A stretch of DNA of 64,000 nucleotides, taken from the NCBI GenBank assembly GCA_965237955.1, contig OZ250169.1, forward strand, positions 7,040,001 to 7,104,000, in the 5' to 3' direction. Below the pieces are notes generated by a model that saw only the letters and a list, made by a program, of their open reading frames with translations, searched no databases and had not been told where the DNA came from. Source of the stretch: Candidatus Marinacidobacterales bacterium (lineage in GTDB: Bacteria > Acidobacteriota > Vicinamibacteria > Marinacidobacterales > SMYC01). Position 1 is the stretch's first letter, and each line of letters starts with the position of its first letter. This document shows, one piece after another, positions 22,130 to 32,800 of this stretch. The position numbers and the translations under genes were made by a program.

Positions 22130-22477
22130 ATGCCCCGCGTGACCCTCCGCCACCTCGAGACGCGTCGTGAGAAACTCATAGCGGAACTGGCTCAAATCGG
22201 GGAAATGCGGCCCGGGTCTCTCGTCGAGCGATTCCGCAAATGCGGCAAGCCCAATTGCCACTGCGCCGAACCTGGGGCCCTAGGCCACGGCCCGAGTTGG
22301 TCGCTCACACGCGAGGTCAAGGGTAAGACGGTAACGAAGATTATCCCGTCTGGCCCGCCGCTCGAACGCACGAAGGCACAGGTAGCCGAGTATCGACGTT
22401 TTCGACGCCTAAGCCGACAGCTCGTGGAGCTCAGCGAACGAATCGGCGAGCTGCGCCTGAGCACGATTAAACGGTGA
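22130..22477 (+). CDS. DUF6788-like IS-associated Cys/His protein
   Basis: MRPGSLVERFRKCGKPNCHC...GHGP motif; cognate transposase not seen. Confidence 0.75.
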   Translation: MPRVTLRHLETRREKLIAELAQIGEMRPGSLVERFRKCGKPNCHCAEPGALGHGPSWSLTREVKGKTVTKIIPSGPPLERTKAQVAEYRRFRRLSRQLVELSERIGELRLSTIKR

Positions 22478-22692
22478 AGCTGACCATTACGCTGCTCCTC
22501 GCCTGGCCTTCCTCCCTCTAACGTCCGCGTCGTGTCACGAAATAACACGGAGTCTGCCCCCAGATTCCCGAAGATTCGCACCGAACACCACTTGGGCGCC
22601 TAACCCCGCGTCAATAAAGACACGGCCTCCAGAGACCCCCGGAATAGGCCACGAAGCTTGTGACGAAAAAGGGCCTTCAGAGGCGATTTTTG

Positions 22693-23783
22693 GTTGCCTT
22701 GGTGCACAACTCGCGATCTCGGTCCACAATTGTCCTTTACTCACGGATTCGAGGTTCCCCATGAGCATTTTCAAACGCACTCAGCGGAAGTATGTGAAGA
22801 AGGCCTATCGCGTGAGGAATTGGCGTGAATATGAGGCGGGTCTACGCAACCGTGGGAGCCTGACCGTCTGGATCTCGCTCACCGCCGGCAAGCTTGTGAA
22901 CTGGGACGCGCCCCGGCCGAGGAGGAGGAAACCGGGCCGTCAACGCAAGTACTCGAACCACGCCATCGAGACGGCTGTCACCCTGGGCATGGTGTTTCAT
23001 CTGTCATCTAGGCAGAGCGAGGGATTGCTGCGATCGTTGTTCGCTCTGATGAAGCTAGACAATGATGTGCCCGATCACACCACGATCTCGAGGCGCAAGG
23101 CGAAGCTGGGTAAGGTCCCCTTCTACCAAGACAAGCAGAAGACGCCGTTGCACATCTTGATCGACAGCAGCGGTCTCGCTGTCCACGCCGGCCAGCTGCG
23201 CAGAGCACCAAAGAGCAGGGACTATCGCAAGCTCCATCTGTGTGTCGACGAGCAGAGTGGCGAAGTCGTCGCCGGCGAGCTGACGAGCAAAAGAGCCCGC
23301 GATTCATCGCGGGTTGCATCGCTTGTCGGACAGATCGACAGTCCCATCTCATCGGCCAGAGCTGACACCGCATACGACGCCGGCGGCGTCTATGAGGCAA
23401 TCGAGAATCACAGCGCTCATTGCTCGCCGAGGGTGCTGATACCGCCGCGCAAGGGCGCCCAGCTCGCATCGGGGCCGGCGAGCAGCCGACAGCGCAATCG
23501 CAACATTGCAGCACAAGCTCGGCTCGGCAAACGAAAGTGGCACACAGAATCGGGCTACAGCAAACGGAGCAAAGTCGAGACAACGTTCCATCGCTACAAG
23601 GCTATCGTGGGCTCAGCGATGCGAGCGAGAGGGTTGGCGGCACAGAGAGTCGAGGCAAGGATCGGGTGCAAGATTCTGAACACCATGACGGCGCTCGGGA
23701 TGCCTGATAGCGAGATGATCGGATGATGGGAGTCGGGGCCAAGCGAGCTCTCGGCCTCTATCGGAGTTGTGCACCAAGGCAAC
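22693..23783 (+). mobile_element. IS5-family (IS903-like) insertion sequence
   Basis: Perfect 20-bp IR GTTGCCTTGGTGCACAACTC at 22693-22712 and 23764-23783; no target duplication seen. Confidence 0.88.
22761..23726 (+). CDS. IS5-family transposase
   Basis: YRVRNWREYEAGLRNRGSLTVW, PDHTTISRR, IDSSG, ADTAYD, YSKRSKVET. Confidence 0.93.
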   Translation: MSIFKRTQRKYVKKAYRVRNWREYEAGLRNRGSLTVWISLTAGKLVNWDAPRPRRRKPGRQRKYSNHAIETAVTLGMVFHLSSRQSEGLLRSLFALMKLDNDVPDHTTISRRKAKLGKVPFYQDKQKTPLHILIDSSGLAVHAGQLRRAPKSRDYRKLHLCVDEQSGEVVAGELTSKRARDSSRVASLVGQIDSPISSARADTAYDAGGVYEAIENHSAHCSPRVLIPPRKGAQLASGPASSRQRNRNIAAQARLGKRKWHTESGYSKRSKVETTFHRYKAIVGSAMRARGLAAQRVEARIGCKILNTMTALGMPDSEMIG

Positions 23784-24052
23784 GGCTCACGGCGATCTTC
23801 GTCCTCCACGCAGCCCTGGCTGCGAGCGAGGTTCGGAAGAACGTTCCGATACCGATGCGCGACGGCGTGAAACTCACCGCCGACATTTATTTGCCCGACG
23901 GGCCTGGCCCGTTTCCGGTCCTTCTCAGCCGGACGCCCTACGACAAAACCCGGCGCGTCATACGCGCGGAGAAGTTCACGCGGAACGGGTACGCAGTCGC
24001 TATCTCAAATGTGTTCTTTCCTCATGACGACGACCAAAGCGATGGGAGCTAG
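23784..24052 (+). pseudogene. CocE/NonD family hydrolase fragment
   Basis: IPMRDGVKLTADIYLP...LSRTPYDK...GYAV; truncated at both ends. Confidence 0.8.
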
Positions 24053-24143
24053 GCCTCACCTTGTGAGAGGAGACAAAAGTAGTTTCGGAGCGACAAAATA
24101 CTACCGGGAGCGTTCCGGCTGCAAACGCTTCACTGTGGAGGCG

Positions 24144-27100
24144 TTAGAGGCCGATGCTTTTTCTCAAGTCGGCGACGGCGACGGCGGGGTCGTCCCCTCC
24201 CCCGTTGAGAGCGTCGTGAGTCGCGGACTCGAGCACGCGTTCGAGCTCGAGGAGGGCCTGTTGGGTTTCGTCCGCCGCTCGTCCCCGGGCGTGGATGTCT
24301 CGTCGGAGTGACGCCGCGCCAGCCTTTTGCGAGCATGTGAGATACGTCTTCAGAACGTCGCCGATTCCGACGCCGGTTGACTTCGGCTTCGAGTTCGACT
24401 TCATCATTCTTGCGAAAAAGTCGACGCCGGCGTGATTCACGACGTGATTCACCGCAGCCGTGGCGATGATCTCGCGTCTCAGCGGATGCTCGACAAAGAA
24501 CTCCGCAAACGACTCGCGCAGCCGATCCGGGAAGTAACCGTCGAGGAAGGGCGCCCCCTCCTCGCTATCGGGAACGTCGGTCTCGAGAACCTGGGACAAA
24601 GCCCAGATTTTGACGTGGCCGAGAAGGAGTGCTAAGAGCGGTCGCATCAGCCCCCGCTCTTGACCGGTCACGCCTTCTCCGACCCCATCCCCATCCCCGG
24701 GTTGCAGCGCGGCTGGCTCTCGTAGCTCGCTCCACGGCGGGACGGCATCGTCCTCGCGGTTCATGATGCCTTCGCGCATGAGCTCTCTGAGTAACTCCAG
24801 GAAGTCCTCGCGGCGCTCAGCGCTCCGTTTCCCATCCAACGTGAGGGCGAGAGCTTGAGCGGCGTTGTCCGCCAGCGCGAGGGTGGCCACGTCTTCGGTC
24901 ATGTCCCTGAAGATGCGGTTGCGCTCGTCGCGGCTCGGAAGCGCGCCTCGCTTCACCAGCATGTCCATGAGGATCTTGATGTTGACCTCGTGGTCGGACA
25001 TGTCGACGCCACCCGAGTTGTCCACGGCATCGGTGTTGATGATGCCTCCGTTGGCCCAATACTCGAGACGTGCCTTCTGCGTGAAGCCAAGGTTACCCCC
25101 TTCACCGACGACGCGCGCCCGCACATCGATAGCGTCGACGCGCACGCGGTCGTTCGCCCGGTCCCCGGCATCGAGATGCTCCTCGCTCGTCGCCTTGACG
25201 TATGTCCCGATGCCGCCGTTGTAGAGCAAGTCCACGGGCGCTTTGAGAATGCACCGGATCATCTCCTCGCCACTGACACTGAGATTGTCGCGATCCTTGT
25301 CGATCCGCAAAATCTCCTTCATCTCTGGCGTCACCGAATTTTTTTTTGCAGACCGGTCGAAGACTCCACCGCCGTCGCTGATGGCCGACGCGTCGTAGTC
25401 GCGCCAGCTCGATCGTGGTAGCCGGAACAGTCGCTCTCGTTCTTCGAAGCTCTTTTCCGGGTCGGGATTCGGATCGACGAAGATGTGCACGTGGTTGAAT
25501 GCCGCCACGAGCTTGATGGTGCGCGATCGGAGCATCCCGTTGCCGAAAACGTCCCCGCCCATATCACCGATACCAACAATGGTGAAGTGGTCCTGGTTGA
25601 CGTCGATGCCGAGGTTGTGAAAGTGATGTTTGATGCACTCCCACGCCCCCCGGGCGGTGATCCCGACTTTCTTGTGGTCGTAGCCGACGCTGCCTCCGGA
25701 AGCGAATGCATCACCAAGCCAAAAGCCGTAGTGCTTGGCTACCGAGTTGGCGGTATCGGACAGGTGTGCCGTCCCCTTGTCGGCAGCCACCACGAGGTAC
25801 GGATCGTCGTCGTCATGGCGAACGACCTCGGGCGGATGGACGACATCTCCGTTGACCATGTTGTCGGTGACATCGAGAAGGCCTGAGATGAACTCCCGGT
25901 AGCGGTCGATGAGGTATCCATCGAGCGCCGGCCGCGGGGGAAGCTCGCCTTTCAAGACGAAGCCGCCTTTCGAGCCCACTGGGACGATGATAGAGTTTTT
26001 GACCATCTGCGTTTTCTGCAGGTCGAGGATCTCGGTTCGGAAGTCGTCGTGCCGGTCGCTCCACCGGATACCGCCTCGGGCCACGCGTCCGCCGCGCACG
26101 TGGATACCTTCCAGGCGGCGGGAGTGGACGTAGATCTCGAACATCGGGTTCGGCGAGGGCATGCCTTCGACCTGGTTGCTCTCGACTTTCATCGAGAACA
26201 CCGGCCGCTCCGGCCGCTGGTAGAAATTCGTGCGCACCGTCGACGCGATGAGGTTCGAGAACGCCCGCAATACTTCGTCATCGACGAGGTTTCCGACATC
26301 GTCGAGAGCACCCTGCAAATCGGCCTCGACCTGACGCTCGACTTCGGGCCGCTCTTTGTCGAGAGCTGGATCGAAGCGCGCCTCGAACGCTCGATAGAGC
26401 GCCCTCGCCGCATCCGAGTTCGAAAGCAAAACGCCGTCGACCGTCTCGAGATTGTAGTGCGGGCGAATCTGCTGGAGGTGCGCGCGAAACGTCCGTAACA
26501 CCTCGACGTGACGCCAGTCGAGACCGGCTGTCAATATCAGAGAATTGAGAGACCCATCCGTGGCGCGCTCCTCGTCGAGTGCTCGAAGAGCTTCTGCGAG
26601 CCGATCGGCGCCATCGACGACAGCGGCGATACGCTCCGCGGTGTCTTCGATCTCGTAGCGGTGCATATGCGCCGTCCGGCGCGACGGCAGTCGGATCTCG
26701 ATGTGCAGTTCCCCGGTGACTCCGAGACCGAGATTGCGGAGCGTTGTCAGCGTCTCGATGAAGCTCAACGGACGTGTCGCGTATATCTTGAGCGTCGCGT
26801 GCTCGGGCGAGCGCGGCACCACGGCCACTTGAAGCCGGGCATCGAGAAGCTCCAGCCGCTCGACGTCAAAAGGCACCTCCTCGGGAGGTGTCGCCTCGCG
26901 ATAGATTCCACTGCGGGTGTCGTGAGTAATCCAGCGCGCGAACAGCCGTCGACCCTCTCGCTCCCCGAAGGCTTCCGTCAGCGCACGTGAGACGGTATCC
27001 ATCCACGTGGTGATGATGTCTTCCGTTACCCGGAGTGCCAGGTCCTCGTCGATGGGATGTTCCAATCGATCGAGATCAAAATAGAAAATGAGAACTTGCG

Positions 27101-28502
27101 CCGGCCCCGCATCTTCAGAAGCGGTGAAACCGATCGGGCCGAATCGCTCCGAAAAGGCTCGACGCAACGCGGTCTCGGCTTCGTACGAGTAGCGAAGCTT
27201 CGAAAACGCGAGATACAAAGCAGCGTAGCCCGGGCCGATACGATGGTGCACCGCGATCTCATCGTCTCCAGTGATGTGAACGATGCGATCGAAAAACGGC
27301 TTCAGCTCTTCTGCCGGAGCGTAGAACAGCTCTCTTCGCGGGAAGCGGTTGAACAGGGCGCGGACTTGGCGGAAGGCATGGGACATCGATGCCGCGCCGC
27401 TCCGGTCGATGAGCCACTGACGCTTCTCACGTAGCAATGGCACGTCGGCGGCCCGTTGAGCGAAGGCCCCCTGAGAGAAGCGACCGAGCAGAAACGTCGC
27501 CCGCTCGAGCTTGCCATCTTCTCCCCAGTGTCGGATCACGATGTCGTCGATCGGCTCCAGATGGTAGATCGCGAACGCGTCGCTGCAGTAGTCGATCTCT
27601 ACGATCCGCTTGTCTTCCGACGCCGGCGCCAACTGGCTCTCGACCTTGTCGACGAGCCCGGGAAAGACGATCGGCAGCAACGCCGGATCCCGAAACGCAC
27701 CCAGGGCGCTCTCGGGGATACGATCCGCCGAGCCGTCGGCGCCCATGCGGTAGCTCATGATGCCCATGAGGATGAAGTTCTCGTCGGCAAGCCACTTCAA
27801 GAACGCGCGCGCAGGTTCGAGGTCTTCGGCTTCGTCGAGTCGGGATCGGAGCTCGGCGGTCACGCCCACGACCGTACTCGTCATCTCCTCGAAGTCTTCG
27901 AGAGCGAGGAACAGACACTTCAACACCGAGAAAATCTCGTGCTGCACGCGCCGCAAGTGCTCCTTCGACTCGATGTGCTCGATACGGAACCGGCACAAGA
28001 GCTCCTTGTCCCCTTCGGCGTACGCGTCGCCGATCCACTCGACTCGCTCCCATTGACGACGCACCGTGAGAATCGGGTGGATCGCCGAGAACACGCGCAA
28101 GCCTGCCTTGCGGAAGTAGTTCATCAGGCTGTCGAAGATGAACGGGGCGTCTGGCGTATGCGTCTCGACGATGGTCGTCGCAATCGGCATCGCCTTCCCG
28201 CCGACGGGGTGGAGCGATTCCTCGTCACGGGAGTGGCGCGCCACGACGTGCAAGCCGGGCAGGCCGCGATAGAGCTGGGTCGGCGGGGGAAGCTCCTTGA
28301 CGAAGAATCTGAAATTGTCCCAGAGCCGCTCGGCCAGATCCGCGGCGCTGATACCCTTGCCCATCCACTCGGGAAGCCCGCTGTAGACGACTCTAGCGAA
28401 CGACTCGAGAAGCTCCCAGTTCTCGTCGGGCCTCGTCTTCTCGAGATGCTCCAGGATCTCGTCCAGCCTGCGGGCTTTTTCTTCTGCGCTGACGCTCAAC
28501 AT
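24144..28502 (-). CDS. gdhB: NAD-specific glutamate dehydrogenase, large type
   Basis: VARGGIRWSDR, VKNSIIVPVGSKGGF, VVAADKGTA, GIGDMGGDVFGNG, DNSGGVDMSDHEVNIK. Confidence 0.94.
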   Translation of the reverse strand: MLSVSAEEKARRLDEILEHLEKTRPDENWELLESFARVVYSGLPEWMGKGISAADLAERLWDNFRFFVKELPPPTQLYRGLPGLHVVARHSRDEESLHPVGGKAMPIATTIVETHTPDAPFIFDSLMNYFRKAGLRVFSAIHPILTVRRQWERVEWIGDAYAEGDKELLCRFRIEHIESKEHLRRVQHEIFSVLKCLFLALEDFEEMTSTVVGVTAELRSRLDEAEDLEPARAFLKWLADENFILMGIMSYRMGADGSADRIPESALGAFRDPALLPIVFPGLVDKVESQLAPASEDKRIVEIDYCSDAFAIYHLEPIDDIVIRHWGEDGKLERATFLLGRFSQGAFAQRAADVPLLREKRQWLIDRSGAASMSHAFRQVRALFNRFPRRELFYAPAEELKPFFDRIVHITGDDEIAVHHRIGPGYAALYLAFSKLRYSYEAETALRRAFSERFGPIGFTASEDAGPAQVLIFYFDLDRLEHPIDEDLALRVTEDIITTWMDTVSRALTEAFGEREGRRLFARWITHDTRSGIYREATPPEEVPFDVERLELLDARLQVAVVPRSPEHATLKIYATRPLSFIETLTTLRNLGLGVTGELHIEIRLPSRRTAHMHRYEIEDTAERIAAVVDGADRLAEALRALDEERATDGSLNSLILTAGLDWRHVEVLRTFRAHLQQIRPHYNLETVDGVLLSNSDAARALYRAFEARFDPALDKERPEVERQVEADLQGALDDVGNLVDDEVLRAFSNLIASTVRTNFYQRPERPVFSMKVESNQVEGMPSPNPMFEIYVHSRRLEGIHVRGGRVARGGIRWSDRHDDFRTEILDLQKTQMVKNSIIVPVGSKGGFVLKGELPPRPALDGYLIDRYREFISGLLDVTDNMVNGDVVHPPEVVRHDDDDPYLVVAADKGTAHLSDTANSVAKHYGFWLGDAFASGGSVGYDHKKVGITARGAWECIKHHFHNLGIDVNQDHFTIVGIGDMGGDVFGNGMLRSRTIKLVAAFNHVHIFVDPNPDPEKSFEERERLFRLPRSSWRDYDASAISDGGGVFDRSAKKNSVTPEMKEILRIDKDRDNLSVSGEEMIRCILKAPVDLLYNGGIGTYVKATSEEHLDAGDRANDRVRVDAIDVRARVVGEGGNLGFTQKARLEYWANGGIINTDAVDNSGGVDMSDHEVNIKILMDMLVKRGALPSRDERNRIFRDMTEDVATLALADNAAQALALTLDGKRSAERREDFLELLRELMREGIMNREDDAVPPWSELREPAALQPGDGDGVGEGVTGQERGLMRPLLALLLGHVKIWALSQVLETDVPDSEEGAPFLDGYFPDRLRESFAEFFVEHPLRREIIATAAVNHVVNHAGVDFFARMMKSNSKPKSTGVGIGDVLKTYLTCSQKAGAASLRRDIHARGRAADETQQALLELERVLESATHDALNGGGDDPAVAVADLRKSIGL

Positions 28503-28795
28503 GTCGTTTTGAAGTCTCCCCGACCACGGCGGAATGCAATCTATTAGTGTAATCCGGACTTGCGCATGATGCCATTTAGATGCGCGGCAACTGTACTTGG
28601 CGGACGCCGCCATGTGGCCATCGGCCGTCAGCTTGTGGGAGGGCTGCTAATAATGATGGGTAGAGCGGATGTGGAGGTAGGCGGGGACGATGGCGAGGTG
28701 TCTGACGAACAGGCACCACTCAAAGGCGACACCGGCAAGCATCACCCGCCGCGCCCCCCGACGGAAATCGATCCGGACGCCTGCCGAATGAGAGT

Positions 28796-28829
28796 CGGGG
28801 CGGGAGGGAGCCGTCTCCCCCCCGCCCCG
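28796..28829 (-). terminator. GC-rich hairpin, probable terminator
   Basis: CGGGGCGGGAGGGAG-ccgt-CTCCCCCCCGCCCCG just downstream of the lipoprotein gene. Confidence 0.5.
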
Positions 28830-28852
28830 CGTGTCATTTTTCAATCCCAATC

Positions 28853-29603
28853 TCAATCGATGACTTCAATTTCGACCGCTAGGTATGGTGACACGAGGTC
28901 GGCAGGGACTATGCCTTCGACCCGGACCGTCCTCCCCATCGCCGGTGCACTCAGTCCCGACAGGTCGAAGCACAGCGGGGGGAACGTCGGGCGAAACGAG
29001 CAGGCCCATATCGCCGAGGCAACCCATGGCCGGCGCGACGACCTCTCCCGTGGCCCGAATCTCGTCGTCGATACGAAACCTCAAGGCGACGAGACGATCG
29101 CCACTCCTCACACCGCGAGCGCGAAGCGGGAGGCCGAAACGGTCCGCGAGGAGCTCAGCGAGCTCCGCCGGCGGCAAGCGTTCCATGAGCGCCGGCTCGT
29201 TGTCGACCCGCGTCTCGTCGGCGACGATCACCACGGTATCTTTGATTAATACCTCCACCACGCAGCCGGAGCCGTCTGAGCAGATTTCGATGCCGAAGAA
29301 GAGTCCCCGAACACGATCGCCGTCGCCGTCATCACCGGAGGCTCCGCTGCTGTCGTCGTCGCTGTTGTCATCGTCACTGCTGTCGTCATCACTGCTGCTG
29401 TCGTCGTCGCTGGGATCATCACTATCGTCATCCCCGTCACCTTGCGACCGAGCGCTCGCGAGCCCGGTGACCTGCGCGTCCCCGCTTGCAACCGATGGTG
29501 CCGTCGTGCTGGTCGCATCGTCGCCGCAAGCCACGAATAAGCCGGCAACCATCAGCGCAAAAACCAACATGGCAATCCATTTCATCTCTTGATTCATTCT
29601 CAA
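28853..29603 (-). pseudogene. Lipoprotein with Ser/Asp-rich linker and DUF5666-like beta domains; frameshift in a 6-bp homopolymer near 28980
   Basis: Lipobox LFVAC; SDDD repeats; alternative frame gives ...TVRVEGIVPADLVSPYLAVEIEVID* ending at 28853. Confidence 0.65.
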
Positions 29604-29822
29604 CTCCAGGGTTCAGTGCAACTGCGAAATCCGGTGGTCGTGCGAACCCGAGCCACATCCACCGGCGACGCGCATTACGAAAAACCTTCCTGTACGGTAG
29701 AGGCATTGTCTTCCGACGAGGTTGGCGACGCGATGATCCGGCACACGCTTTTTTCGTGATGCTCTTCACTCACCCACAGTGACCACCGTCACACCGGGAG
29801 ACGAATTGTTAGACTATGCCCC

Positions 29823-32800
29823 ATGGATTTCTTTCGCTCGTCGGTGCGGGAGTGGTTCGACGCGAGCTTCGAAGCCCCGACCCGTGTGCAGCGGGAAGGC
29901 TGGCCGGTGCTCGCGCGCGGGGAGCACGCTCTGTTGCTTGCTCCCACCGGGAGCGGCAAGACGCTGGCGGCGTTTCTGTGGGCTATCGACCAAGTCACGC
30001 GCCTCGAGCCCGACGCCACGCCGGGCATCCGCATTCTCTACGTGTCGCCGCTCAAAGCGCTCGTATATGACATCGAGCGGAACCTGCGAGCACCTCTTGC
30101 GGGAATCCGACGCCGGTCCGAGCGCGAGGACCAAGAGCTTCGCAGCGTCCGCGTCGACGTTCGCACCGGTGACACGTCCCCTAAAGAGCGTCGACAACAG
30201 CTTCGCGATCCCGCCGACATCTTGGTGACGACGCCGGAATCGCTGTTCCTGATTCTCGGCTCACAAGCTGCCGCGAACCTAACCCAGGTACATACCGTTA
30301 TCGTCGATGAGATCCACTCGCTCGCGCCGACGAAACGCGGGGTTCACTTGGCATTGTCGCTCGAGCGCCTCGACGAGCTGACACCGAGCGAACCGCAGCG
30401 GATCGGGCTCTCGGCGACAGTGCGACCCCCGCGCGACGTGGCGCGCTTTCTTGGCGGCGACCGCGATGTTCACATCGTCGACGCGAGCGAGCCGGCACAC
30501 ATCGAGCTCTCGATCTGCGTTCCGATTCCGAACATGGAACAAGTTCCGCCACCCAAACCGGTTCCTGCCACCGACGACGGCGGCGCCGTTGCCGGGAAGC
30601 TCGCACGCACAGAAATGCCTCCGGCACGCGAACCGGGCTCGCTCTGGTCCGAGATCTATCCGAAGCTACTCGAGCTCGTCCAAAAACACCGCTCGACCAT
30701 CGTGTTCGTGAACAGCCGAGCGCTCGCCGAGCGACTCGCGCAACGACTGAACGAGCTCGCCGACACGCCGCTCGTGCGCGCGCACCACGGGAGCGTGTCC
30801 CACGCGAAGCGCAACGAGATCGAAGAGGCGCTGAAGAGCGGCGCCCTCAAAGGGCTAGTGGCGACGAGCTCGCTCGAGCTCGGGATCGATATGGGCGCGG
30901 TCGATCTCGTCGTGCTCGTGGAATCTCCGGGCTCGGTCGCGCGCGGGCTCCAGCGCGTGGGGCGCGCCGGGCACGGCGTCGGCGAAACGAGCTTGGGAAT
31001 GATCTTCCCGAAGTTTCGCGGCGACTTGCTGGAGTCGACGGTCGTCGCCCAACGCATGCTCGCCGGTGAAATCGAATCTCTCAAGGTGCCGGAAAACCCC
31101 CTCGACGTTCTCGCGCAACAAGTGGTGGCACTTTGCGCTGACAAACCGCGCCACGTCGACGAGCTACAGGCGCTCGTTCGTCGCGCCGCCCCTTATCGGA
31201 ATCTTTCGCGCGACGCGCTGCTCGCCGTCATCGAGATGCTCTCGGGTCAATACCCGTCGCAGGATTTCGCCGACCTCAGGCCACGGCTCGCATGGGATCG
31301 CGCCCAAGACATCCTTACGCCGCGCAAAGGCGCCAAGATGATCTCGCTTCTGAACGCCGGCACCATCCCGGACCGCGGGCTCTACAGCGTCCACATCGGA
31401 GAAGGAGGCCCGCGCGTCGGCGAGCTCGACGAAGAAATGGTCTACGAGTCTCGGAAAGGTGAGGTCTTCTATCTCGGCGCGTCGTCGTGGAGAGTCGAGG
31501 CCATTACCCGCGATCGCGTGATCGTCTCTCCGGCCCCCGGTGAGCCGGGGAAGATGCCTTTTTGGCGAGGCGACGGCCCGGGCCGGCCGATCGAGCTCGG
31601 ACGCGCCATCGGTGCCTTTCTCCGGAAAATCGACGGCATGAGCACAGACGCCGCACGGCAGTGGCTCGAAGAGCACACGCCGCTCGACACACATTCGGCC
31701 ACGAATCTCGTCACCTACATCGAAGAGCAGAAAGAGCACACCGGCGCGCTCCCGACCGACCGCCACATCGCCGTCGAGCGCTTCCGCGACGAGCTCGGCG
31801 ACTGGCGGGTTTGTATCCTCACGCCGTTCGGATCACGGGTCCACGCACCGTGGGCGCTCGCGATCCAAAACCTTCTCAGCACCCGGACGGGCTACGAAGT
31901 CGAAACCATGTACACCGATGACGGGATCGTACTGCGATTCGCGGACGTCGAGGAGCTTCCCGATCTCGAGTGGCTTTTTCCCGATCCGGAAGAAGTCGAA
32001 GATCGCGTCGTCGAAGAGCTCGCTAACTCGGCCCTGTTCGCGAGCAACTTCCGCGAGAACGCCGCCCGGGCCCTGTTGCTTCCGAGGCGTAGTCCCGACC
32101 GGCGCACGCCGCTGTGGCAGCAACGCCTGCGCGCAAAGAATCTCCTCGCGAACGTCACCAAGTACCCATCGTTCCCCATCGTGCTCGAGACCTATCGGCA
32201 GTGTCTGAAGGACGTGTTCGACGTTCCCGCGCTAAAAGATGTGTTGCGGTCGGTAGCGAGCCGCGCAGTTCGAGTCAGTGACGTCGAGACCGCGACGGCC
32301 TCTCCGTTCGCTCGCTCGCTGACGTTCGCGTACGTCGCGAACTACCTCTACGAGCAGGACGCACCACTCGCCGAGCGCAAAGCACAAGCGCTCACGCTCG
32401 ATCGAAATCTCCTGCGGGAGCTTCTCGGCCAAGCCGAGCTCCGCGAGCTCATCGACGCCGAAGTGCTCGACGACGTCGAAGCGGAGCTCGCGGGACTCGC
32501 CGACGGCTGGAAAGCACGAAGCGCCGACGAGCTCGAGGATCTGTTGCGGCGAATAGGTGAGCTGAGCCGAGCGGAAATAGACGCGCGCACCACCGAGGAT
32601 CCGAGAGCTTGGATAGACAAGCTAGAGAACGAGCGCCGTTGTGTGCGCGTGCGCGTCGCCCACGAGAACCGCTACATGGCGGTGACCGATGCCGCCCGCT
32701 ATCGTGACGCTCTCGGCGTCGTGCCGCCGGCGGGTCTTCCTTCAAACCTGCTCGAGCCGACGGAGTCATCGCTAGAGGGCATCGTGCGCCGGTTCGCGCG

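Noticed and set aside
29340-29440. Ser/Asp-coding repeats as a CRISPR or DNA repeat array
   Set aside because: Low-complexity coding linker; no repeat-spacer structure or cas genes anywhere in the window
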